From: Octopus sinensis
Taxonomy: Eukaryota
NCBI RefSeq assembly: GCF_006345805.1
Contig: NC_042999.1
Coordinates: 40,238,001-40,302,000, forward strand
Reading direction: 5' to 3'
Length of the DNA: 64,000 bases
Shown here in pieces: positions 51,286 to 64,000 of the stretch (its first letter is position 1; every line of letters starts with the position of its first letter). The notes below the pieces were generated by a model. The model was given only the letters and a program-made list of their open reading frames with translations. It was not told the DNA's origin and ran no database searches. The translations under genes and the position numbers were made by a program.

Positions 51286-51688
51286 TATGTAGAAGAATTT
51301 TACTGACCATAGGAAAAAAAATGAGAAGGTCTGCACCCTTAATTATGTCTCCCCATTGCAGACTCCAACTGCTCGAGTTGGATAATCGTTCCCTATATAT
51401 ATCAGCAACTACAAGTATGGGCTTGAAGTATTGCTTTAGTATTAACATAATAATTATATATTAAATTGTATGAACAACTGTTTCATGATTTCTTATGACT
51501 AGGATTATGAGTGAGGATTCCTTTATTTTCTAGCTCATTTTAAGATAGTCAGCACACGAATAATGCGATACAAATATAACACAAAAATACAAAAAACATA
51601 AACTTCGACATTTGCAGAGACAACAAAGTAGAAAACGTATCGATATATATGTTTAGAATAATATAAAATGTGTATATGTATTCTTTTG

Positions 51689-51724
<36 letters not shown>

Positions 51725-52189
51725 GCATGGTTTGTCGGTTCCACGGTTTGTAATGTTCGATTTTGGTATATTTTTATTTAATTTCATTTAACTTATGAAG
51801 TAAGGTAAACTAGTGCTCATTATACGATTTTAATAATTACTTTCGGGATATGTATGTCTTTCCTTCATCAAATTAAAAGGGATTCCAAGCTCAGCACAGG
51901 AGCAGTGGTTTTTGAGAAGAGGATTAAAGGGAAATTTGAACTTAGGGTGTAGAGATGGACGAAATTCAGGTAAGGATTTTCTTTGGCGTGCTAACCATTA
52001 TGCCAGTACACTGTATTTCGTTAGTCTATAATAACAATGTTTATTATGTTAAGAAAGTTGGTTCCTTTACATAAGAAAAGTAACGAACTGATCAACAACA
52101 AAATGGAATTGGTTCAACAGATAATAGAAAAAAATTCTATACACGAGGCAAAAGAGCAAGAAATAGAACCGAGCAAAAAATAAATCACA

Positions 52190-52409
52190 GGATTTTTACT
52201 GTTTCACCGGCAGATTTAGAAAATAATTTTTTCTAACTAAACACTTTCAAACTTCGTATACTGGTAGAATGTGTCATATAAAATATCTGCTAGAATGTGT
52301 TATATGAAATATTTTATATGGCACATTCTACGAGTATATGAAGTTTGAAAGTGTTTGTTTAGTTACAAAAAATTATTTCCTAAATCTGCCGGTCAAACAG
52401 TAAAGATCC
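52190..52409. mobile_element. ~220-bp hairpin MITE (~100-bp TIRs, ~20-bp spacer)
   Basis: ggatttttactgtttcaccggcagatttag.. pairs with ..ctaaatctgccggtcaaacagtaaagatcc. Confidence 0.85.
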
Positions 52410-52887
52410 AATTAGAGCGCTTACGCGACTTTCTGTAGATTCAAAAGAAAATCACACGTAAGTAGTAACGATATAGCAATAAATAGAAAAGTCGGACTAA
52501 TTTGAATAGAAAAAAAAGTAAGTCAATATTGCAATAGGATATAACACGTCTATACGTTCTGATTTCGAATTCAGCCGACTTTGCATTTCATCAAATTGAA
52601 TCGATAAAGTAAGTGCCAGTTGAATACTGGTGTCGATGCAATTCACTTCTCCCTCCCACATTTAAAATAGCTGCCTCGTGCCAAAATACTAAATCAATAT
52701 TGCAATAGGATTTGCACAGTCACACACACAGACACACATATTTATATATACATATATATGCAGGTATGTGCATGTGTAAGGGGGGGTGCGTGTTTCATAA
52801 TTCAATCCGTTACGATATTTCGATTTGAACGACGATACGTGGAAAGAATGAACCACACTCATATATAAATACATATATTCATATATA

Positions 52888-53900
52888 CGAGGGGCGTTCA
52901 ATAAGTAATGCCCCTGACCCACTTCCCATAGTAGTAGAGCACGACACTTGGCACAGTTATTAGTCTTTTCCTATATAGGACCTACCCAGAGTTATGCATT
53001 TCTCCCATCGTTTGATACAGCACTGGAGACCGTTTTTGTAGAAGACCCCAGCTTGGTCCTCCAACCACGATGTGACTTCATAAATCAAGGCTGCATCATC
53101 TGGGAAACGCTTTCCTTTCAAAATCAACTTCATGGCTGGGAAGAGGTGAAAATCAGAGGGTGCAAGGGGAGGAGTTCATAGCTGCACGCCTGTACTTCTG
53201 ATCTGGCGACACGCGAGTTGTGGACCGGAGCGTTGTCCTGCAGGAGGAGGATGCCTTTGCTGATCTTGCCCCGTCTCTTGATTTTGATAGCTTCTCTTAA
53301 TTTCCTCAAAAGTGAAGCATAATAGGCTCCTGTAATTGTGGTACCCTTTGCCAGGAAATCTGTTATCACTACTCCGTCCTGGTCCCAGAAGACTGTGAGC
53401 ATAACCTTGTCAGCGGAGGAGGTGAGTCATGGTGCTTTCACTGCATTGACTGGGCTTTGGTCTATGGATCATAGTGATGAACCCAGGATTTATCCTGTGT
53501 GATCAGTCTTTTGAAAAATTTTGACTCATCTTCTTGGCACATCTCCAAGTTCATCCTCGAGCGCTCAACGCGTTCTTGCTTCTGGAAACGTGTGAGCAAC
53601 CTGAAAATCCATCTGGCAGACACATTTTGCATATGGAAATGGTCATGAATGATAGTTTCCACAGGCCCGGTACTAATCTTGACCTTACGGGCTATTTGGC
53701 GAATAGTTATGCGTTGACCTTCCAAAATGGCAGCCTCAACTTGACGGACAGACGTCTCATCAACGGCAGAAGGGGTGCGACCAGATCTGGGAGCTGTTTC
53801 CACAGAGTTCCGACTACGTTTGAATTCACAATGTCAGCGTTTTACAAGGTCATATGATGGGGCATCATCACCATAAGTTACTTTCATTTCATCAAAAGTC
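52888..53900 (-). mobile_element. Second copy of the same mariner; 5' end and its TIR are missing
   Basis: TIR cgaggggcgttcaataagtaatgcc at 52888; LQDNAPVH and TQDKSWVHH; collinear with 18341-19396; ends abruptly at a (TATG)n tract. Confidence 0.95.
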
Positions 53901-53940
53901 ATGTATGTATGTATGTATGTATGTATGTATGTATGTATGT

Positions 53941-54213
53941 CAAACTAATCATATCTGTCAGGCATGTGGAAGAGAGTGTAATTCGGCAGGAGGACTTAAG
54001 CGACGTACAAAGTTACATGAAGCCCAGTTACAACTACAGCCGGCTATTACCAGTAAAGGTTTATAGTTGCCTATTCTGTACAAGACATTGTAGATCTTTG
54101 GCTGGGCTAAAAAGTCACATTTGATCACAGCACCAGTAACAGTTAAGCTTCGTGCAATGGCTTTACTCGATAACGAGGGGGCAGCCATAAAAAAAAATGT
54201 ATGTATGTATGTA
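53941..54213 (+). mobile_element. RTE LINE 3' end between (TATG)n tracts
   Basis: HICQACGRECNSAGGLKR.. then CLFCTRHCRSLAGLKSH; matches 5771-5930; A-run plus (TATG)n tail. Confidence 0.75.
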
Positions 54214-54220
54214 TATGTCA

Positions 54221-54935
54221 GGTCACTTTCGAGTATTACTGGTAACATGTAACCCAGTACTACCTGTTGCATGGTCGGGCCGTCGGCGACTAAACCGGCA
54301 ACCCTACCAAGCTTGCTTGGTGAGGAAGATGTTTATTGGACACCCTGGGGGATAAAAAACAAAACCTGTGAAAGGGCGGAGGAACTCTTGAGAGTCAACG
54401 GCCATCCAATAAATGTGTAATTGTATATATTTACTGTATATCTGCTTTTTTCTCACTAATTTTTATATATTGTATATTTTTATAGCTTGCCCATTCTATG
54501 AATTTTTATATACTTCACATCATATTTTATGTTTATTTTGTATATCAATGTTTTTTATATATATCGTATTTTTATTTACTTTTATTTTTATTTATTTAAT
54601 GTTTTCCCTTATCTCTTTCTTATCCAACTTAAGGCTCTATCATGCGCGGGGACATAGAAATAATCGGACTGAATACCCGATCGCGTGGTTAAACCATTGA
54701 GAGTGAAGGACACTTAGCCTTTGTTAGAGCATCCTTTTAGGAGAAGGCAACTCAGGTAACTGGGATAACTCCGACATAAAATCTGCGGCTCAGTGGTTGC
54801 CGATGATGTTGACCTGTTCTTCTTTTCGGATTATGGCTGCTGTTGCTTAGTGAGTGGGACGGACTCAGTGCACAGCCTTTCCGCACTTAGAAAAAATCTT
54901 CTTGCACAGGCATTGCACGATAACAACATTGAATG
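54221..54935 (+). mobile_element. Unclassified GC-richer repeat resembling a LINE 5' UTR, interrupted by an AT-rich insert (~54415-54700)
   Basis: Compositional break; motifs taaaccggcaacc and ggagaaggcaactc resemble RTE 5' UTRs; ends in (TGAT)n. Confidence 0.4.
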
Positions 54936-55002
54936 ATTGATTGATTAAATTGATTAACTAATTCATGATTGTTGATAGAGCTGTGAGTCTCATGTACGTT
55001 CT

Positions 55003-55413
55003 ACTCTTTTAGTATTTTACTTGTTGCAGTCATTTGACTCTGGCCATGCTGGAGCACCGCCTTTAGTCGAGAAAATCGACCCCAGGACTTATTCTTTGTA
55101 AACCTAATACTTATTCTATCTGTTCTCTTTTACTGAACTGCTAAGTTACGGGGACGCAAACACACCAGCACCGGTTGTTAAGCGATGTTGGGGTGACAAA
55201 CATAGACACACAAACATATACACACGCATACATATATATTTATATATACATATATACGACGGGCTTCTTTCAATTTCCGTCTAACAAATCCACTTACAAG
55301 GCTTTGGTCGGCCCAAGGATATAGTAGAAGACACTTGCTCAAGTTGCCACGCAGTGGGAGTAAACCGGAACAATGTGATTCATAAGCAATCTGCTTACCA
55401 CACAGCCACTCCT
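55003..55413 (-). mobile_element. SINE family A, full length
   Basis: Matches the family A tail, body and head. Confidence 0.9.
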
Positions 55414-55425
55414 ACATATATATAT

Positions 55426-55479
<54 letters not shown>

Positions 55480-55723
55480 ATGTATATATATATATATGTT
55501 ATATATGCATGTAAGTATGTATGCCTACATATATATTTATGTTATAGTGTTATATAATATATATATATATATATATGCATGTAAGATGTATGCGTACATA
55601 TATATATTTATGTATGTATGTAATGTTTACTTATATATATATTTATGTATATATATATGCATACACACACAACACATCTATATATATATATGCTGTAGGT
55701 GTGTATGGTATGTATATATGTAC

Positions 55724-55827
<104 letters not shown>

Positions 55828-56316
55828 ACTTATATCAAGATGTGCATGCATAATACAATACACACTGCCAATTATTTTGTATGTGAGCTATCTAAATATA
55901 ATGGATGGTATTTGTATCTTATGATTATGAGATTGCAAATTATGATCGATGAGAACGGTTCTGTGTCATTCAACTCAGAATGTATACGCAGTAGGAATAA
56001 CTGAAACCCTTCACTTAACGCCTTGGCCCCAGTTATGAACGTGAGTGGTTTGAGCAGTTTATGCTCCCATACTCATACGAAGCTATAGTTAGGTATATAC
56101 CTACACAAGTGAGCGCGCATATAAGTGTTTGCGCGTGTGTGTGATATAGTACGAAAAACAAGTTTGTTATGAATGTCTAAGAAGGAATAGTAAAAACGTA
56201 TATGAATATATATGAATGTGTGCAAATATGGACATTTAAATTTACATATATCTATGTAAATAAGTATATTTGTTGATATATTTGTCTCTCTCTCTCTCTC
56301 TCGTCTCTCTATATAT

Positions 56317-56348
<32 letters not shown>

Positions 56349-56400
56349 ATATAGAGACGAGAGAGAGAGAGAGGAGAGAGGAGAGAGAGGGATAGATATT

Positions 56401-56451
<51 letters not shown>

Positions 56452-57198
56452 TACGTATATGTTAATAATGCGTATGTTCTCTTTTGCTTGTTCTTGTGCG
56501 TATATGGCGTTATGTATGTACGTGTACATAATACATAATTCAGCAATTCGTGAATATGTATATATGTGTGTGTGTGTGTTTCTGTGTCTGTGAGTCTGTG
56601 TTTCTCTGTGTATGCGCAGGCGTGTATGTTTGTGTATGCGCGCGCATATCACTGGGTAAAATTAACTGTAATTTATTTGAGAGTCATACAGATTATTTAA
56701 TCAAATATTAATTGACGTTTTTCTTGTTGCCTTAAATGTATTACAATATTAAAACCCCATTACATTTCTGATACAGCTTTGTGCTTTATACGCTTTGATA
56801 TGCGTTACTACTACTCCTTTCTCTCTTTTTCTGAACATGACTGAGTCATATGTCCTATCATTATCTCTTTCTAAGTCATCTCATCTCTTCCCAATCTCTG
56901 ATTTGTTTCTTCTCCTTGTGTACGCGTATGCATGCATACATACATACATACATACATACATACAAATATATATATATATATATTGTAAAGAATTTAAAGT
57001 GTTCGGTAATATCTGCATCTTTACGACTTATATATGTTAATATAAAGGCAGCATGTCTAATATCGACTAATGCAAGTTAGTTTACATATACAGTGAAATA
57101 CATATACACTCCATCTATGTTTTGCAGTCTGTATTTCTCTCTAACCTATCCCATTATACATACGCACGCGCACACACACACACACACACACCCACACA

Positions 57199-57242
<44 letters not shown>

Positions 57243-58199
57243 AACACTCATACTAATATATACTGACCTGTGACATTTTGGGCACAGCTGTGTCTGTGTG
57301 ATAAGATTGCTTCCTAACAACATGCTTTCGGTTTCTGTCCCACTGCGGGCCAGCTTCAGCAGGTGTCATTTAAAATAGACTAGGACCAAGTAAAGGCTTG
57401 TACATGAATTTGCGAGAAGGAAACTGAAAAATCCTGTCATAATACACTTGCACATACCCACACACACGCACACATAACCATTACGAATGTACTTCAACTG
57501 ATCTTTCACTGTTTACTTATGACCGACACACCTGTAGTAATTATACCCCCATGTTTAAATATATAAATATCATAATCTGAACACATACTAAATGGTTTCT
57601 AGCTATGTACACACCTATATCGAGAGGGGTGGGCTGTAAAAGAACGTATCCTCAAATGCACAGCACACTTTTGCCTGTATAAATACACACACACCACTCG
57701 GCCATTCTTTGCCTTCTTAACTCTTCACCATAGAACCGAATTGCCTCAAAAACATTAAACTGATCTTTTTTCCTTCCTACCAACTTTTCTCCATTTTTAT
57801 ATTTTCTCATTGTATTAAAAATCTGATGAGGTATTAACATACGAAACGTTAGGACGTTTCACCTTTCTTTTAAGAATTAAACCGATGCAATATTTGCTAA
57901 AAATTCTCCTGCTCGTGTTTTATTCATTTTTGTTCATTAACTGATATAGATATGCATAAACACACACACTTTCCGCCAATCCTAAATACCTATTCCGTTA
58001 TTGTTTCAAAGACGCTCATGTGCGAGGGCAATAGAAATGACAGCCACAGAAATCGTAAATATATTCAAAAAGAGAGAAATGGCGTTGGAATATGGAAATG
58101 TTATAAAAAAGCAGTAAATTAGTCTCAGGAGAGACTCGGCAAACATTGGTCTAAACGATTACGTAAATAATTTGGGAAGCAAACCTCTTACAATATAAG

Positions 58200-58600
58200 C
58201 TTTTATTCTTTTATTTGTTTCAGTCATTTGACTGCAGCCATATTGGAGTACCATCTTAAAGAGTTTTTTAGTCAAAGAAATCGACTCCAGTACTTATTCT
58301 TTAGACTCTTTAGCCGAGCCGCTAACTTCCGTGAACGTCAACACACCAACATCGGTTGTCAAGCGATGGTAGGAGAATAATATAGACGCAAAGACACACA
58401 CACAAACAACACACAAACACAAATACACATGTGTAAGTATATATGCGACGGGCTTCTTTCAGACTCCAGTACCAAATCCACTGACAAAGTTTTCGTTTGA
58501 CCCAGAGGCTAAAGTAAAAGGGACTTGCTCAAAGTGATACTCAATGGCACTGAACCCAAAACTATGTGGTTGGGAAGCAACCTTCTTAGCACATAGCCAT
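58200..58600 (-). mobile_element. SINE family A, older diverged copy
   Basis: tttgtttcagtcatttgactgcagcc..acgggcttctttcag..ccaaatccac..actgaaccc. Confidence 0.8.
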
Positions 58601-60019
58601 TACGAACTAAAATCAAATCTAGTAATGCAAAGATAATTTCTACTACATACATAGTGTATATGTTTCATTTAAACCCTCATCTGCTGCGGTGTAGCCTCCG
58701 GGTAAAGATCCCTACAATACACCTATTGTATAAGAACACAGAATGTCCGTAACCAAGCGAGGCAAGTCGCTCTGAAGTGACTGAGAATGTTAGCAATATA
58801 TATTTCGGTGTTTTGTGACTATTGAATATAATCTACTGGGATCATGTCGAAACGAAATGAATCGCTGACCTGGGACTTATATGCAAATAGTGTGACGCCT
58901 ATTTGCTGATGAGCAGTGGCGTAGTGCATGTGGAAGAAAATTGAATTAGCAAATATAAACAGTATCTCGCAGCAAATGGGCGTTTAAACTAAATACTTAC
59001 ACAATGCTATGTATATGCGATTGATAATGCTTGCATGTGTGTTTGTGTCTGTGTTTGTGTGTGTGTATCTGTGTGTGAGTGTGTGTGTCTGTGTATAATC
59101 GTGTGGACGGTCTCTAATACAGCTCAGATGCTATATTTCTCCAGGTTCCTCACACCTATTTATCATAAAAATTATACAATACTCTCTCGTTTCAATTTTG
59201 TATCATATTTCTTTTGCCACTGTGCCGGCCGCGCATAATTTTTTACCAAGAATTATGCTTTTATCCTTATTTTCTATCTCGGAACTGACTCAAGAATATT
59301 AGCTGTCATTTCTTCAAATCCTGATAAACAATGAGTGGATAAATTTCGAGAGAATTCTAATAGAAATGATTGCCACGTTTAGTTTACTGAAAGAAATATC
59401 TTAATCTTGTCAACATTATAATGTCTAGACGTTCTGGAGAATTTATAAAGATTCATTCACCAAACATAACAAGTATTATCTCAAGCTGTAATTTTAAATG
59501 CTTCTATTTCTTTGTATAAGTTATAAAGATCGCAAAGATCTTGATATACACTACTCATCTATATTCCCTCGAATTACATAACAACATTTTTCCCACTATG
59601 ATGACACTTTGAACTCTATGGTCCTAATGTTTAGAAAAGGATCGTGTACAGGATCATAAATAGAGCACACTTTATAATAATAGTTCTACTCAATTTGATC
59701 AGCTCTGAAGCTAAAGAACAATGATTCGATACAATCATTTCTCCGATACAATACGTGTTTATGATGTGTCAAGCCCGAATTCAGGGTTAAACATGTCCTG
59801 AATACTACCTACGTTTAATCGTAGATATTGGCCTATCCCTGCAAAAGAACATCTATCGCATGCATTTTAATAAGGAAGGGTCTGAATAGAGCTCAATCTA
59901 CCTGCAAAGAAGTAAAAGAAACCGTAAAGTGGACGCCATGATTATGATTACGAATTATCGATTACTATATTTCTTTCATTTGTACACATTCCTTTTACAA
60001 CGCTTTAAATAGTATATGT

Positions 60020-60342
60020 GTCGTCGTTCTAGTATTCCATCGGTTACGACGCCGAGGATTCCAGTTGATCCGATCAACGAAATAGGCTGCTCGTGAAATT
60101 AACGTGCAAGTAGCTGAGTACTCCGCAGACACTCATATATTTAACGTAGTTCTCAGAAATATTCAGCGTGACACGGAAAATGATAAAACTGGCCCTTTCA
60201 AATAGAGGTACTACTCATTTTGGCCAGCTAAGTAGATTGAAGGAACGTGAAATAAAATGTCTTACTCAAAGACACAACACGCCGGCGGGAATCGAACTCA
60301 CAGCATTACAATCGTGAGCCGAATATCCTAAACACGAACGCT
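60020..60342 (-). mobile_element. tRNA-derived SINE (fourth family)
   Basis: Minus-strand B box gagttcgattccc, central tgtgtctttgagtaagacatttt, short-repeat tail. Confidence 0.7.
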
Positions 60343-61309
60343 CTTATATAATATCGTTCTTCATATGTCTTTTATCTAGCTCAGAATCATGGAATTAACA
60401 TTTTTCTTTTTCTTTCGCTCTACGTTTTACAATCAAAAGCTTCTTAAATTCTTGCATGAAATTTGGTTTGAATTAAAATTAAAATTTAAATATCATATCA
60501 GTACATTGTAGAAGAGGATTTCATCATTGGTGCCGAAGCCAAAACAGATACTAAAGAGAGAATAAATATGCTTTTTCTATAAATAATTTAGATTCATTTG
60601 AGATCCGGTACAACCTCAAAATCAAGCTCCTGTATTCAAGATAGAGTTATCCAAACATCAGTTGTCATTTGCGCAGCTTAACATTATATAAAATAAAACT
60701 TAAATCGCAAACGATGTTGTATTGAAACGCACTTCTCTTACACTCTCTGCCAATAGTAGCCATTGAGCCGTATATAGAACTTTAAGCTTTTAACATTGAA
60801 ATGAAGAATTACACAATGTGTGTGTTTGTACCCGCGCGTGATATGTTAACCTACATAGTAGAAATAAAAACATGGCAACTTTAACTATTTCTCCACAGAC
60901 TAAAACTATGATCAGCAACCTTAAATGATTTTCGAAACTAATTCGGGTCTCATAAGATGTATCACATCATTTCACGAATGCCGGACAAATAAGTAGCATA
61001 TCAGTTTATAATATACTAGCAGTATTGCCCGGCTTTGCAAAATGGTCACATTTAATTCAAAGCGTTAAAAATGTTATGAAAACAATTGGTATGTGTTCAG
61101 AAAGTTCAAATGATTAATACGAAAAAGCCCTCCAGGCTACATCCCGAAAATTCATTTCTTTGCCGAATTTCTACAATGTTTACGGCGATTCGTTTTTATA
61201 TCTTGATTTTTTTTATTTTTCATGCAATTAACGCATGCTTGCACGCGTGTGAACCCAGTTCACGTCAAACAGCTGACTGAGTAAAGTTCACTATTGAATG
61301 CATGGGATA

Positions 61310-61409
61310 NNNNNNNNNNNNNNNNNNNNNNNNNNNNNNNNNNNNNNNNNNNNNNNNNNNNNNNNNNNNNNNNNNNNNNNNNNNNNNNNNNNNNNNNNNN
61401 NNNNNNNNN
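61310..61409. other. Assembly gap (100 N)
   Basis: Exactly 100 Ns, the usual placeholder for a gap of unknown size; adjacency across it is not established. Confidence 0.99.
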
Positions 61410-61694
61410 TTATAAACAAATACTGAATTATCGAGTGATTTGTTATTTATATTTTAGAAATTACGGAATTCTTCTAATCTGATTTCATATGTATTCTTCT
61501 GCCTTCCAGATATCAAAAGTTCACACAGAACAAAAGGTATTATTGATATGTTGTCAGCCATCGTTTAGCTCGAAGCTTCGGAGCGGTCAGTTGTAATTTA
61601 AAAGGAACAGTGTTCCACTGTCCTAAATTTCCAATACACACACATATATGTGTGTGTGTGTGTGTGTATACCTATGTATATATAAATATATATG

Positions 61695-61727
<33 letters not shown>

Positions 61728-61854
61728 ATACCTATGTATATATAAATATATATGTATATATAATATATGTGTGTGTGTGGTGTGTGTGTGTGTGTGTGTG
61801 TGTAATTGAAAAAATTGTTTAAATATATTTGATTATTTATTTAACGATTATCAT

Positions 61855-61951
61855 TAACCTGAAGATTGACTATAACCATAATTCGAATTATTAATTGGAA
61901 TTAAATTATTGTTATTCGAATTAGGTTATGGTCAAGAATCGATCGTAGTAG
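61855..61951 (+). ncRNA. Hammerhead-like motif with ~22-bp stem II, A15.1 replaced by U
   Basis: taac CTGAAGA ttgac tataacc a taattcgaat [loop] attcgaatta ggttatg gtcaa GAAT CGATCG TA gtag. Confidence 0.45.
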
Positions 61952-62261
61952 TTGTACTTTTTATCTTATATTAACATTTTTAATAATTTTTGATAGTTTT
62001 ATATATTTAATAATTTTCTAAAAAAAAAAATTTTTTTTTTAAATAATAAATATACATATATATATATATATAAGAATTTATAATATAAATTAATAATTTT
62101 AAATTTTTAACTCTAAATTTAAATAACTTAATTTTTAATTTTATATTTTCTAATATTTGTATATTATATTAATTAATTCTATTTCTATATTTTGGTTTAT
62201 GTTTTTTCCTGTTTGATTTGCCTAATATTGGTTTTATCTCTAATTTAATTTATATATATAC

Positions 62262-62343
<82 letters not shown>

Positions 62344-62410
62344 CTTACCCACAGACAGAAAATTAAACTGTTTTTACTTCAAATTTTTATAAATTTTATG
62401 AATTCTTACT

Positions 62411-62450
62411 GATATTTTATAAGATGAAATACATCGAAACCGGTAATATT
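62411..62450 (+). ncRNA. Degenerate minimal hammerhead-like motif
   Basis: gatat TTTATAA GATG aaata CATC GAAA CCGG TA atatt: stems intact, core differs from CTGATGA at 3 positions. Confidence 0.35.
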
Positions 62451-63215
62451 TTCTTTATATAAATTTTTTTATGATTTTTATTACATTCCTTCTGAAATTG
62501 AAATGTCTTAGACTTACCACTGCGCTATTTCAACCTCCATTTTATATATATAAAAATTTGTTTTGTATATCTTTGTTCTATATACAGATGAGTGGTACAA
62601 CAAGGCACCAATATTTACTGCAATCGATATTTACTGCAATCGATACAAATGCAACAATATTGTAAAACTTCACTGCGTATATACTGGCAAAGACGGGCGT
62701 GTGAACAAACATGAAAAATTTGTCTTACCTCCACGAAGAACATTCGATAAATGGACAACCCAGAATCGGATAATGCAGGACGGGTTTCTGACTCTTCAAA
62801 TACGTTTGACGACGTAAATTTGATCAGACTTCATCAGCTGCATTTACCTAGACAATATTTCAAATGTTACCACATCAATGCCAGTATACTCGGCTGAACG
62901 CCTAGCCGTTAACAGACCGAGAACAGTGAAAACGTTTTCAATGAAAAATATTGCAATACAAATGTATTACTTTCCAGTAAAATAAAGCTCCATAAGGGTG
63001 GAAGTATACATATAAATATAGATGATTGGGACAACAAGTCACCAATATTTACTGGAAAGTAGCAATCGACACAAATACGACGCTATATGTATGTATGTAT
63101 AATAATAATAATATAATAATAATAATAATTAATATAATATAAATAATATATATATATATATATAATTATATATATATATATATTATATATTATATATAAT
63201 ATATAATATATATAT

Positions 63216-63295
63216 ACAAATAAATGAAAGAATGGGGTGAACGACGAATTCCTTTATTTTATTTTCGACATATGTTTCGAAGGCTGCATATTCGT
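63216..63295 (-). mobile_element. Short repeat fragment carrying the 3' half of a hammerhead motif, truncated by (TA)n
   Basis: Minus strand GAA tatgcagcc TTC GAAAC ATAT GTC gaaaa. Confidence 0.45.
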
Positions 63296-63335
63296 ATATA
63301 TATATATATATATTATATATATATATATATATATA

Positions 63336-63565
63336 CTTTATTTAAAGCAGCATGTAATTAAACAAAACCTGTTACTCTGAGTTTCCCGTTGCCGTTCATC
63401 GGACAGTTTTGGCTAGCAAAAACTGTCCGATGAACGGCAACGGGAGACTCAGAGTAACAGGTTTTGTTGAATTCTGCTGCTTTAAATAAAGCATATTACT
63501 CTACACTGGTATTTGAGTACTCTTTATTCCACCTTGGTTCCCATTTATGTGTTTACTCCGGTTGT
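63336..63565. mobile_element. Near-perfect 156-bp palindrome (63336-63491) of an HHR-bearing repeat; right arm runs on to 63565; (TA)n on both sides
   Basis: Centre gctagc at 63412-63417; HHR-like motifs at 63369-63406 (-) and 63423-63460 (+). Confidence 0.85.
63369..63406 (-). ncRNA. Hammerhead-like motif (U4C; A-G at 10.1/11.1)
   Basis: CUGU CCGAUGA ACG GCAA CGG GAAA C UCAGA G UA ACAG; the mirror copy at 63423-63460 has GAGAC instead of GAAAC. Confidence 0.6.
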
Positions 63566-63953
63566 ATTATATATATATATATATATTATATATATATATA
63601 TGTATGTATGTATGTGTGTGTGGTTACAAGACGCCACCAACTGTAAACAACATGAAATACGAAAGCAAATGGAAAACAGAGTAACATGAAGAATGAAGCT
63701 CCATCAGCTCTCAGCTGTCCAGTTACTCCCCATTTCGAGCACTGAACCACAATATGAGTCTTCGATGGCAGCTACTCCCACAAAAGCCAAAATATAATTT
63801 GGGATTTATTGAGAGTCAAAGTTTGTAACAAAATCGGGACAAAGGCGACATACCACGAAACTGAAAGTTATGAAACATGGAAGTTCTTTAGACCAGACGA
63901 AGGTAATATATAGCGAACGCTGGAGAAATATTTTCTTTGACAAGAGAAAAGAT

Positions 63954-64000
<47 letters not shown>

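Noticed and set aside
58900-58956. CTGATGA with flanking atttg/caaat complementarity
   Set aside because: No correctly placed GAAA or stem III.
62563-62817. 84-aa plus-strand ORF after an acceptor-like site
   Set aside because: Its start is repeated in degenerate form at about 63020-63090 and it contains a 16-bp internal duplication, so it is more likely an interspersed repeat.
62795-62845. Minus-strand CTGATGA..CAAACGTA
   Set aside because: G12 is missing and neither stem I nor stem II closes.

Overview
This is eukaryotic, AT-rich DNA saturated with microsatellites and transposable elements. The SINE families and the very long (TA)n, (ATT)n and (TATG)n tracts point to an octopod cephalopod, probably Octopus; this is inference from recognised repeats, not a database search. 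I found no confidently identifiable host gene, only one candidate terminal exon at 38363-38631 (-). Recognisable content: about 15 tRNA-derived SINE copies, degenerate LINEs of the CR1-like, RTE, R4/Dong-like and L1/Tx1 clades, two DD34D mariners plus a mariner derivative, Helitron-type non-autonomous elements, MITEs and a 100-N scaffold gap. The unexplained signal is a dense set of non-coding repeats carrying type I hammerhead ribozyme (HHR) motifs from several sequence families. The clearest is a 353-bp tandem/inverted array at 40862-42342 with four HHR motifs. Others are a diverged 356-bp homologue at 1522-2002 that shows structural covariation, a 531-bp tandem at 42408-43350 and inverted pairs at 12384-12914 and 63336-63565. 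Most sit in (TA)n tracts, and each family has its own palindromic stem III. They look like non-LTR retrozymes or Penelope-like-element derivatives. All folds were done by eye; ribozyme activity, circular RNA production and novelty are untested. Coordinates of degenerate elements are approximate (+/-10-30 bp).
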